From Sphaeroforma arctica JP610 (lineage: Eukaryota), in assembly GCF_001186125.1 (NCBI RefSeq), contig NW_014040248.1, positions 12,045-76,044 on the forward strand: a stretch of 64,000 bases of DNA, in the 5' to 3' direction. The notes under the pieces are model-generated. The model was not told where the DNA came from and ran no database searches. It was given only the letters and a program-made list of their open reading frames with translations. The translations under genes were made by a program, and so were the position numbers. This document shows positions 25,250-36,545 of the stretch, piece by piece (positions within the stretch are counted from its first letter, which is position 1; each line of letters begins with the position of its first letter).

Positions 25250-25670
25250 TCGGATTGGCAACTGAACACGCGCTTGGTATACCACTCGCAAGCTATCTTT
25301 TGGGTTGTGTTACAGGTGGAAATGTTTGCGTCGGAAGCTAACCATGTGCTTGCTAACTATCCTAGCATTGAACCTGGTGGCGGTGCGATGAGATGTGATA
25401 CGCTTGCATTTGAAGGGCATTGTTAGTTATACCAATCCGTCATGGAAGTTGACTGCTAAATTTGTTAATCATGTAGCAATGACTGATGGTGCACAGGGTG
25501 CCTTTGTGTCCTCTTTTGGCCGAATGAGCCTTGGATGAGGGATTTGGTTCCGATGTTGCAGGCTTGGCCGTCTGTGATTCCTCATGCAGAGGATGCCTTT
25601 TTGTTAAATGGCCAGTATGCAGTTGAGGTTCCCCCGTGGGATTATACGTTGTTGGTATATATTAAAGGGG
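25250..25670 (+). pseudogene. Dam/DIRS-type amino-DNA-methyltransferase-like domain within Gypsy pol (two frameshifts)
   Basis: SDWQLNTRLVYHSQAIFWVVLQVEMFASEANHVLANYPSIEPGGGAMRCDTLAF / GIVSYTNPSWKLTAKFVNHVAMTDGAQGAFV / WPNEPWMRDLVPMLQAWPSVIPHAEDAFLLNGQYAVEVPPWDYTLLVY. YTNPSW is at 25428-25445. Confidence 0.8.
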
Positions 25671-26452
25671 GCCATCAGGATTGTCGCTTTGTTTACAATT
25701 CCTCCTATTTATTTTTTTTGGCCGGAGGTAGGACGTGCTGGCCCACCTGCTAACATGTGCATGGTTGATTATCGGCCAGTGGTTTTGTGTTTTGCGCCTA
25801 TATCCGTGTCAGTAAGTCGTCAGTTGGATGAGGAAGCGGCAGCACATAATACACTCATGCAGGAGACGACCGAACGTTTGGAGGCCCATGAACATGTAAC
25901 TGATAAAAAAGTGGCGACTAGCCGTAGATGGAAATGACCATCGGCTAAACGTAGCCCTAGCCCGGTGGATCGTACGTGGCGATAGATATCGCAGAAGCGC
26001 AACCCCAGCCCTTCTGTGAGTAAGGAGGATGCTCGGGACCTGCCCCTTTCGGAGGTACTGGGCATGTTGGTTCCTCTGGAGTTCCTTCCGTCGGGAGTTG
26101 AGGGTATGGTATATAACGAGGAAGATAAGGTGTTGTCTGTTCATAGTGATGTGTGTTGTTTGATATACCAGTTCCTTGTGATTGTCCTCATGACGCGGTT
26201 GTTGTTAGCGGGAGGATCCCTTGTTTGAATGGAGATGTTAGTGATGTGGTGGACGACGATTCTGCACCCAATGCATCACCTAAAGACCTTAATTTAGATG
26301 ATATGCTCGTAGAGTCTCGGTTGTCAACCGGCATGATTAACGACAACATAGATGATGATGATGTGTGTGGACAAAGCTACAAACACGGACGCGTTGTTTA
26401 TTACGTGGTTGTGAAGACTTAAATCCCAGCCACAGTGAATTTCAGGAAGTTC

Positions 26453-26633
26453 TGTAGTAAAAGTCCCCTTAAAACACTATCAGTGTGGAGTTAAAAATTA
26501 GTTTACAATTAATTCACACGAGGTGAATTATTTGTAGACCACGTAGACAATCAAATATAAGAATAAATACACCGCACTGAGCCTCAGGGAGACTCAGTAG
26601 ATTTTAGTATCGTATTTTGATGTGTTTACTACA
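26453..26633. mobile_element. 181-bp nested solo LTR or MITE inside the Gypsy pol linker
   Basis: 9-bp inverted termini TGTAGTAAA / TTTACTACA, near-TSD GTTC/GCTC, internal AATAAA, more AT-rich than its flanks. Confidence 0.65.
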
Positions 26634-28493
26634 GCTCCCTTAGGCACAGGGGATTTGGTATACAGGGCTGGCTTAGAGGTGGAGGCTCAAGTGGATTCAG
26701 CAGATGTCTTTCAGAATAATCAGCAGTATTTGCCGGTGGAGCCTTAATCTGTTCGGTACTCCATTAGCCACTGCCCGTCGACGGACAACCCGTTGTCATC
26801 CAGGAAGCCACGTATGCGACGATCGGAGGAGATACCGGATGAACATATACCAGTATGTCAGGATGGGGAGGACATTTATTGCAGACTCCCGTTTACAACT
26901 TTGATCGGTAGGTAGATTAGTATCCCCGCAGATACTTTTTCAGGTGATCTGGAAATACCACATGGGGTTTAGTCATGTGTTGGTAGCGGACCATTTGAGA
27001 GTTCTTATACGGAAAAAGTACAGTTGGCATGTTCTTCGTACTTTGTTGGATTTGATTATTGGTAATTGTGAGTGGTACATTCGTTTTAGTATGGGTTATG
27101 GTCGAAAGCGTGGTCTTCTCCGACAACCGGATCGTGCAACACGCCTTGGGAAGCTGATGGACCTTGATGATTTGGTACCCACGGGGAATGCTGATGGGTA
27201 TAAGTATGTGTTGGCTGCCCAGGATGGTTATTCCCTGCGGGCATTTACCACGTGTTTAAAAAGTGGTGATCATGTAGCTGACACGTTGATCAAGATTTGT
27301 GACGAGCAGCTGCGACCACATGTGGCGGTCAATGACTATGTGATGAATAAAGATAATGTTTTTTTATTGTGAGAAGTTCTCTGCGTATGCCAAACAGACG
27401 GGAGCCACCATTCATTATGTGTCTACTAATGAGCATGCAGGTAATGGATGTGTGGAAGTGTTTCTAAGCACGGCTAAATATTGGTTACCTCGATCATTGT
27501 GTGTTGATATGCATCACGCATGGCGACATGAGGCCCCCTATTTCACTACAAATTATAATGCTACTTATTCGTCGGTTATTCAGATGGAACTGCATACCCT
27601 TGATGCTGGCCGATTTTATACCGTTTATATACTCATATTGTGGATCATCAAATTGAATTTATGCTTGATGAATACCTTGTTTTTGATACCTCTACAGTTT
27701 GCATGGGTGACCCCTTTGGAACGCACGGCGTCGGAGAACATTCAGATGGCGCGAGCGGCTCAGAAATGACATGCTGATCTCATTCGGGTGGATTGCTCAA
27801 TGATTGGGGTAGGCCGACAGGTTTTGTATCGGCTGATAAAAACCCCTGACCATAAACTGTCCAAGAATTGGGTGGTACCTGCTATTGTGATAGCGCTATT
27901 ACCCCTGGTGATTCAATATATCAAGGATGTGGGGTTGAACAAGGAGTATAGGGTTTACATCAAGAACCTCAAATCATATCGACCTCCGGTCGGTTTGGTT
28001 GAGAAGTTGCCTCAGGGAAATGTGTCGACGTCGGTGTTTGGTTATTACATGTTCTTTGATTCGAATACGCAGTCTATGGAACGGTAGATGTTGGTTGAAG
28101 CATTCTGGGAATACCCGGTAGCTATTCGTTTTTAGGATAGCATGAATAGTAACTATCGTTGATGGGTGCGTCTTAACACAGGCAAATATAAGCATAAGTG
28201 TACACATCAATGGTGGAAAGAGGATGAAGATTTTCTCCCACAGCGCCCTGCGGAAGTTACAAATATTCAAGGAATGCGCACTGCACTTAATCGACTTTAT
28301 CGTTATGTTAGAGACCCTTTATTAAGACAGGATTCGTTCGAAGCATGGCGTTCAAAGTATGAGGCCGAACGGTTGACTCAGCACTCGGTGGATGCAGAAC
28401 ATTGGGATTTGTATGCTATTATGGACAGGGAGGATTGAGCTCAATTCCATAGGTTTTAGTCCTGCGTTTCGATATCGCATAATCTGGCGGGGC

Positions 28494-28909
28494 TGTAGTA
28501 TGGAATAGGCTGATGACCCCTGCCCTCCCTCTGTTAGGACAGAACCGATGGACAGGACAGTAGGACCGAATAGTGATGACTACGGAGACCCTTGAGGAAT
28601 AGTAATATAGATTTAGGGTTTTTAGGGTTTAGGGTTTTTAGAAGACTAGGACATTACTGGATTTGTCAGATAGACTACTAGTAGTGGCCAACTGACCATG
28701 CGGACTATGGATGAGACCTTCTCTGGCCCTAAGGATAGGAATAAGGACTGGATGGTGGAACTTAGAGTCTGTCTCTTCTACTCACTACTCACTCACTGCC
28801 TTTGAGGACCTGAGTCCTGACTCTCCTGAGACCGTCGTTATTTTAGCAACAGGTAATATATGGGTAGTATTTATTATCCTCTCTAGCTCACTATCCTATA
28901 CATACTACA
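28494..28909 (+). mobile_element. 3' LTR (416 bp) of the MTase-bearing Gypsy element
   Basis: 9-bp inverted termini TGTAGTATG / CATACTACA, preceded by a PPT-like tract, 55 bp after the last pol-frame stop. No flanking TSD pair, as expected for a non-solo LTR. Confidence 0.8.
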
Positions 28910-31547
28910 GCAACTTCATTTTTTTTTAAATAAGTATATAGTGGGCGCTATGAAATTCAAAATAGCAAAACAGGGAGTGAGAGGAGCCGGGAGGGCCAGG
29001 GGGGGAAGGGGAGTAAATATTTAGGGACAGTTCTTGTTACTTTTTGATTGTTTTTGTTTAAAAAAAACAACAATTTGACTTAAAAAGCGGCAGATCGGCA
29101 ATTCGGCAGTCGAGATTCGAGAACTCTCGGGATATTTATAATACTTCCTGCCCCCCCCCCCCCCCCCCACACTAGTCGGCCAGCCACCAAAAGGCCCCAG
29201 CCCGCAGGGCCAAGGGCCCAGGGCCCAGGGCCTAGGCCGCCTGAGTTTACTTCAGAATTTTCTTCTTCGCTACATCGTCGGCGGTATTAACGCCGGGCGG
29301 TTGTCGCGCTTGCCGCCAAGCGTCCGCCCAGCGTCCGCCCACCAGTCAGCAGTCGCCCACGCACCGCAGTCCGCAGGGCGCATAGCCGCATAGCCGCAGG
29401 CCCACGCCCACGGCCCTATAACAGGGACCCACAGTCCCACACTGCACAGTCCCGTGTGTATTTACTCCGAATGGTTTTAACGCTGTCATAAATTTTTAAA
29501 TAAGTTCAATTAGGATTTAGGAGCCTATAATACAGTCAACAAAATTTAAAAAACAAACAAACAAAATGTATTGGGCTTTAAAAAAAATAGAAAGTATTGG
29601 TTATTTTTATAGCCCTCTGAAATAATACATCATTTTGACGCTCGCGGCTCGAATATGCATTTTTTTAAATGCAATACTCAATAGAGCTATATATGTACAG
29701 TATAAAAAGGTTAGAGGAAACGCTTTAAAAAAAAAAAATTTATTTACTCAATTAAAAGTTGCTTTTTATTTAGAAATTATAAAAAACAAAACAATACAGG
29801 AATCGGCTGAGGGGCCCTGACGCCCCAGAGCCCCGAGGGCTTGAGTCTTAAGGTTAGCCGTTATTTATAAAATAGCGGACCCCGCCAACAGGACAGGGCA
29901 CAGTCTCTCGCAGGGCACTGTGAGACTGTGAGTCTGTGACTGTGTCAGGGACTCAGGGCACTGAAGCCTGAAGGCACTGAGGGCAGTGCTGAGGGAGGCC
30001 GGGCACATCTCAACTTTAAAATACATATGCCCCCAGGGGCACCAGTAGCCCACAGACCCACAGCGGTACAGGCTCAAACATTCACAATCACATCATGTGA
30101 CTCATCATCTCCTGCTCTACATGTCCAGAGCTTATATCACCAAATCAAATCATATACACAGTTATGTAGTATTTGTTTTAAAAAAAAATCTGAAATTTTT
30201 TATATCTTGAATAATATTTAGTATTTTAATTTTTTTATACAAAATACACACAGCAAACAGAGTCAAAACTGAAAACTGAGTCACAGACTGTCCCGAAGTC
30301 AGCACTCAGCAATCAGCATTCAGCAAACTCAGCATAGTCCACCGCTACTGCGTGAGAGGACGATTCCGGGACACAGTCTGACAATTCACACTTCGGCGAC
30401 AAATAAAAATCAACACTAGGTACATATGTATTAAAATACTACATATTTGATATTTCACACCTCCACAGCAGAGAGCCAGAGACTCACAAGTCACAAGTTG
30501 CAAGCAGATCTGGTCGCATGTCAAAATTCATAACGCAAAGAGAGTGAGAGAGAATAGAGAGAGAAGTCACGATTCACGAGTCACCACTCATGACTCACAG
30601 TCACCATTCACCAGTCACAAGTAGTCACAACTCACAATTCAACTCAGTTACAATTCAAGACTGACAAGTCACAATATTTACACAAAAGAAGAGAGAGAGA
30701 GAAATCGCGATTCACGACTCACGACTCACGACTCATAAGTCACAAGAATTCACAACTTACACAAGTCACAAACTCAACATAGTCACAATTTCAGAGACAC
30801 AGTTTGATACACACACACACACACACTATCACAGTCACACTCTGGCAATCTGGCTTATAGGCTGACTATATTTATTATTCCCACACTGAACAGTCAGTCA
30901 GTTACAGTGTTAGTGTTACACACAAGTTCACAACAAGAGAAGGTAGTTTTACAGCAAGCAGGGAATAGTCTCGGAGGTTCAGAGGTACACATAGTGAATA
31001 CATATTGTGTTTTGTTTTGTCACTTTAAAAAAAAAATGAGTAAGTACTACATATTTTAGGAATCTAAGGATAATATTCGCAGATTCTGAGATTCGTTATA
31101 TGAGCAGGCTGACGGCCTGAAGGCACGATTTGAGTCCCTTGACACGAGTCAATGAGGCATAAGTCTCGACTTGCGAGTCACACGACTCACAAGTCACAAG
31201 TTACAAATACTCACAATACGCTCGAATCACTATTGTATCTCAGTAATTTTTATAAAATGAGTACAATCAGTACGTACCATACAACGGACTGGGACAGTGG
31301 GACTCTGAGTCTCTGGGTGGGGTACACGAGCAGCGACTGTGAGACTGTGAGACAGTGAGAGTGAGAGTACTGTCTACTAGTGCGCGTTGACGACTTAACG
31401 TTTCTTGAAACTGCTTGTTGTGTCAACTGTACTCGAATCACGAGTCGACGTCTCGACGACCATTCTTCTAAAATATTTACTATCCTCTCCTAGTAGTAGT
31501 AGAGAGTATGTAAATAGCCCCTACTCTAGTCTACTACTAGGCCCTCT

Positions 31548-32438
31548 CCTAACTTCATTACGTTCCCCGTTAATACGCAAAAAAGCGTTTACGTTCAAAG
31601 TTTATCCTAAATATAGTCAATAGTTTTTGAGGCGGCCTAACTGTCACGAATAGTCCTATTTTTCACTTTGTGTCAGTTATGAATAGTTTCAAATCGCTTT
31701 TTCATTAAAAAAGGTCAATTTCTCAGGTGCAAATTTGGAAAATTTTCATGGTCGATTTGCCCCCGATATACTTTAAACCGCTTAAAAAACCAAACTTTTT
31801 GCGTTTGCGCTTAAAGTTTATCGCATATAGGCAAAACGTATTGAGCTTAGGGACCACTCTCTACTAGAGAGAGAGAGAGAGTAAATATGTACATAGAGTC
31901 CTAACCTCAAACCGGTTCCCGTTAAAACTTTTACAAATCGAATAAAAATACGTTTACGTTCAGCTTTTATTCCTAATGCGGTCCTTTGAACCCATAGGTG
32001 CAGCTTGTGGGTCTACATTTAAGTGCGTATAATGTTTACGATACGAACTAGTCCTATATAAGAACTTAGGTAGGCCCTTCTGATCACATTATAACCGATA
32101 TAACATTTAAAAGTGAATATATATGCGTTTACGTTACACTTCTATCCCGTACCCACATAATGTTATGAGCTTAGCCCTGAGCTCATTGCATTACTTGGGT
32201 ACAAAATAGAAGTTGAACGTAAATACATACTTATTCAATTTTTCAACGTTATAACGGTTATAATATGATCAGAATTTGTAGGACTGGGTCATATAGTCAA
32301 AATGGTACTCACTTAAATGTTTAGACGCTCAAGGTGCACCTGTGAGCATACAAAGGACCGTATATGGAATAAAAGTTGAGCGTAAACGTATATCTATTAG
32401 AAATATAAGGTTTTAACGGAATACGGTTTGAGGTTAGG
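31548..32438. mobile_element. Three MITE-like ~270-300 bp units (31548..31851, 31900..32175, inverted 32176..32438)
   Basis: Each has CCTAA(C/G)CTCA...TGAG(C/G)TTAGG-type terminal inverted repeats and two internal CGTTTACGTT-like motifs. Units 2 and 3 abut and form a ~540-bp imperfect palindrome. Confidence 0.7.
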
Positions 32439-34202
32439 CTTAGCCTGAGACTCTGAGAGAGCGGCTCCAACTTCCAACTCTTGAACTCACCGCCAAGAGG
32501 CTCCAGCGGTCTAGTAGCCTCACGGCCCTCACAATGCCTCAACAGCCTCACTCTTTTGCTAATAGAGAGAGTAGAGGACTAGTAGAGGACTAGAGCCTAG
32601 ATGTCCCAAGTCCCAACCTCCCCAGGTCCTCTAAGAGGTGACTAAAAAGAAAAACCTTCTTAGCTCCTCTCAGTCTTTTTTAAGTCGCAACTCTTTAAGT
32701 CTCAACTCTCAAGTCTCATCTATTTTCTCTATATAATCATTGATCTGAATCTCAGTGAAACTCTTCTTGAGTTTTCTCAGTTCTCACTCTCTACTCTTGT
32801 TGTGACTTGTCATTTGTACCTCTTCTCAGTGGACTCTTAATACTACTCTGTACTCTACTACTCTCCACTAGAGACTAAGTCTCTAGACTCTACTCTATAG
32901 AGAGAGTAGAGATAGATATGTAGAGAGACTGAGAGGGAGAGAGTGAGAGTGTGTGTGAGACTGCTGACTTGTGGGAGACTGAGAGACACTGAGACAGAGA
33001 GAGGGAGTCCATCATGAAGAGTGTGTCACTGTCTCACAAACCAGAGTACATAGCCCCCAGAGTGAGGCAGTGACCACTGTTCAGTGTTCACTCACACTGT
33101 AGTCGTCGCTCTTTACTCCTTCCGAGACTAGTGTCATGTGACTCTGTGAGTTGTACATAATTAAATATATGGACTAAAAGCCTGGGCCCTGAAGGAGGTG
33201 CCGAACTACATAGCGAACGCCGAACTATGTACTGAAACTACTGAAGCCTGAACTTCTGAAGGCTTAGGGGCTCTGCCTGAAAGCTGAAGCCTATGATACA
33301 AGCTCACTGTTAGCCGTTTAGCCGTTAGGCCCTCTCTCTTGTTGTCAAGATATGTAGGACTCACAAGATTTTTGTTTTTAAAAAGGAGTCGGATTGTTAT
33401 TTTATAAGTCGTCAGGAGTTCAGGACTCATCTATTTTCTATAAAAAACAAAACAAAACATGTATGTATGCATAGTGTACATATGTACACATGTATATATA
33501 TATATATATATATAATTTTTTTTATAGTACACTGTACAAATGTACATATGCCTGAAGAGTTAAGAGTCATACATAATTACTCTATTCTATATTGGCAACC
33601 AGTAACCAGTTGACCAGCTACAAACATTATAGAACTATAGATGTCTCTTTAACTGCTCTAGGAGTACTATATACACCATAACTTATATTTCAAGCATTTT
33701 TATTGCTTCCTAAGAAGGCTCTATACTTCCACTGCTCGACTATGATTTTATCAGGTTTCACAGAAAATGGTAAATACAAATAGGTCAATGACTGACTAGA
33801 CTGGGCACAATTTTTGGAAGGGATTCATTTTTCTATACTTCTGTTCTAGCTTTTGTTTTAGAAATAATAGAAAACGTACATTTTAAATAAATATATATCC
33901 AAATGTTCATGTGTTGGCTATTTTATAAAAACGGTCCAAACTTCTCCAAAAGAATTACTGATTGTTCCAAAAGTCCTGTTTAAAAAAAGTTTCTGGGAAG
34001 CACCAGAAATGGAACGGTAGAAAAGGTTTATTTTTATAGTATTTACAGTTTTGTCTCTGTAAATACCTAATTTACTGTTGTTTCAAATATTTATACCACT
34101 TCTAATTCTCAGTTTCCAATTTTCTCACTTCCGAATTTCAAAATAACATGATTTTTAAAAACAACGTGTGTATGTATTTGATCTTTATTTTTTGATTTAC
34201 AA

Positions 34203-34233
<31 letters not shown>

Positions 34234-35864
34234 CAAAACAAAACAAAAGGCATTTTTTTTGAGGCGAAGAGCATCGTGATTCGCGCGTTATTTATTCCGT
34301 TTGCGTCTGTGCCAGCACTCCAGCAGTGTGTGCCTGTGTGGAGTGTGCACGATATTTATATTATTGTTTTTCATAAAAAACAAATATATATACATCGACT
34401 GTATTTATCTACATATTACATTTATTTTTAAAACCATCGACATACATATTGTATTATTTTATTTGAAAACAAAAAGCTATTTGTATGTACATACAGTACA
34501 AACACCACTTGTTTTTAAAAATAAATAAATAAACTTGATTTAAAAAAAAAGCCAGCATTTTTTAAATTTTATACTCGGCGTCAGTGTGCCGCGTGCGTAT
34601 GGCAGACTGGATGTATGTACATATTTATTTGGGGTTGTTCCTTCAATAATTTTGTTTAAAAAAAACAAATATAAAAAAGAAACAAATATGTAGTATACAA
34701 AAAACAAAAAGAAACCCGACGGCCTGTGAAGCTGCGAGGCTCCGCTGCGCCGCTGCGGCCAGAGGGCCTGAGGCTTTGAGACTTGTCCGTTTATTATCTT
34801 TTTTTTTATAACTCTCCGCTACTCTCTGAGTGAGTCTGGAACTCTGAGTCTGTACTAGGGCCATACAAAATTAATTCAAAATACAATAAGAAATCTCATA
34901 ATCATAGCCTCGGACCTCGACTCCTCTCGTCGAGGGACGACTGACGCGTCACAGACTCACATAGAGTCATAGAATAGACTTATAGCCTCGTAGGTCATAT
35001 GTAGCCCATAGTGACAGTCATTAGAGAGAGGGAGTTAGGGATGTACATAATTACATATATAAAGATGATAGACCTTATAGGCTTATATTTACATAGAGAC
35101 TATATTTATAAATTAAAAAAAAAGTTGGTCACATCCTTTTTTAATAAAAAAATAGTATGTATGTACGTTTTACTATTTTTACTCTGTATTTTTGTATTTT
35201 ACTAATAAATAGATTGTTTTCAAAAGAAATATGACACTAATCAGTATTCAGTATTGACTATAGGTATAAAATGAGGACTATTGAAGAGCACCGATCAGGT
35301 GACAATACGACATTCCCAACATTCAACTATTCCAATAAAATGTCACCCTGGCTTGTGCTCTCGAAACAGTGAACAATGATTCGGTGATTCATTCTTCCCA
35401 CAACAACTTGCGTCAAATTATCGCTTCACACGCACAGCAAAATGCCAAAAACGGTAAAACAAAAAGCCGTGAACCGGTTTTAAGTTCCAGTCATTTCCAG
35501 TTTTTGAAATTCTGCTGGCCGGGCCTATGTTTTTTTAGCACCCTGAGTCCCTGACTGCATCTGACAAGCAAGAGTATTATATCTGTTTATTGTGGTGACG
35601 GTGACAGAGAGTCAGAGGCACAGGTCACAGAGTCACAGAATCACAGACTCTCACAGCATAGTGATTGATTTGCTTTTCAGCCTTTTCTATTTGTGGTCTG
35701 CGTCACCGCGATTTTATACCATCGGGGAAGACGAGGATAGCTCGATTCACACTTTCAGGCGAGAATTGAGATAAATAATAGCCACTGTTTTGTACATTTC
35801 ATCATTCTATCCAGATTACAACCACATAAACGGGCATTGGTCGCGTGAACCCACAGCCAAAACT

Positions 35865-36545
35865 ATGTTTAGCCTAGGTAAGAAATCGCCAACACCTGAT
35901 AAGAAAGCATCTAAATCACCTACACCTGCCAAGAAAGCACCCAAGACACCAACAACTGCCAAGAAGGCACCCAAGACACCAACAACTGCCAAGAAAGTAC
36001 CTAAGTCACCAACACCTCCCAAGAAAGCACCCAAATCACCAACTATCAGCGAGAAGGACTCGAGACGAAATGAACCTGCAAAATCACCTAGGGCGAACTT
36101 GAAAGTACCGAAAGCGACTACTGAGAAACCAAAGGAGGTCACTCCAATACAGGCGCGTCCTTCTGTCACCGGTCGCAGGGCAGTCACATTCAACCGACGG
36201 GTAGAGGTAGCAGACACCTTCCCACGTGCAATGTACAACCGAAGACCTGGAGATGAGACTGTCACCAGCTATGCAGCACTGAGCTTTGCAGCGAACGAGC
36301 TTCAAACGTTCAAGCGTACTGATATGCTTGTTGCCAACCGATGCCCGTGCGAGGTGGCTCAGTTGCAAAGACCCTTCAGGGAGATCAAGAACCGCGATGG
36401 TTACTACGTGAACAACTTCCACCAGGTCACATCATATAATGTGTGCTCCGGAGTGTGTGCATTCAAACAACCGAAGTTGAAGGCTACTCAGTCTGATCTG
36501 TCCTCGGTCTCGCCTATCACTAGTACCATGGTTGTTGTACTTTAA
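35865..36545 (+). CDS. Intronless PP1-interacting protein with a PHACTR/neurabin/Bni4-type C-terminal motif and N-terminal KKAPK(S/T)PT repeats
   Basis: ATG at 35865, 226 aa. RAVTFNRRVEVADTFPRAMYNRRP...ANELQTFKRTDMLV follows the RVxF - VEV - Y(D/N)RR - EL..FK..M.V pattern. About six 30-bp repeats. AATAAA at ~36686. Confidence 0.8.
   Translation: MFSLGKKSPTPDKKASKSPTPAKKAPKTPTTAKKAPKTPTTAKKVPKSPTPPKKAPKSPTISEKDSRRNEPAKSPRANLKVPKATTEKPKEVTPIQARPSVTGRRAVTFNRRVEVADTFPRAMYNRRPGDETVTSYAALSFAANELQTFKRTDMLVANRCPCEVAQLQRPFREIKNRDGYYVNNFHQVTSYNVCSGVCAFKQPKLKATQSDLSSVSPITSTMVVVL

Larger units (their letters stand above)
22440..28909 (+). mobile_element. Ty3/Gypsy LTR retrotransposon, decayed: gag - PR - RT - RNase H - MTase-like domain - linker - integrase - PPT - 3' LTR (5' LTR not found)
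   Basis: Gag knuckles CGKCSLRHRSASC and CGLCNKLG/HWRTDC (~22895-22982); protease IYNDTGARPAML (~23095); RT GYRLCIDW, VDLGTAYHQI, LYIDDMII; RNase H AQKNYSTTGREFMG; integrase H-H-C region, GYKYVLAAQDGYS and GNGCVEVF; purine-rich GGCGGGGC directly before the LTR. Confidence 0.92.

Noticed and set aside
22440..28909. DIRS element as the explanation for RT-RH-MT
   Set aside because: It has an aspartic protease, a DDE integrase, a PPT and a TG..CA LTR; no tyrosine recombinase motifs were seen.
35816..36265. Hydrophobic minus-strand repeat ORF
   Set aside because: It is the antisense shadow of the 30-bp repeats in the PP1-regulator gene.
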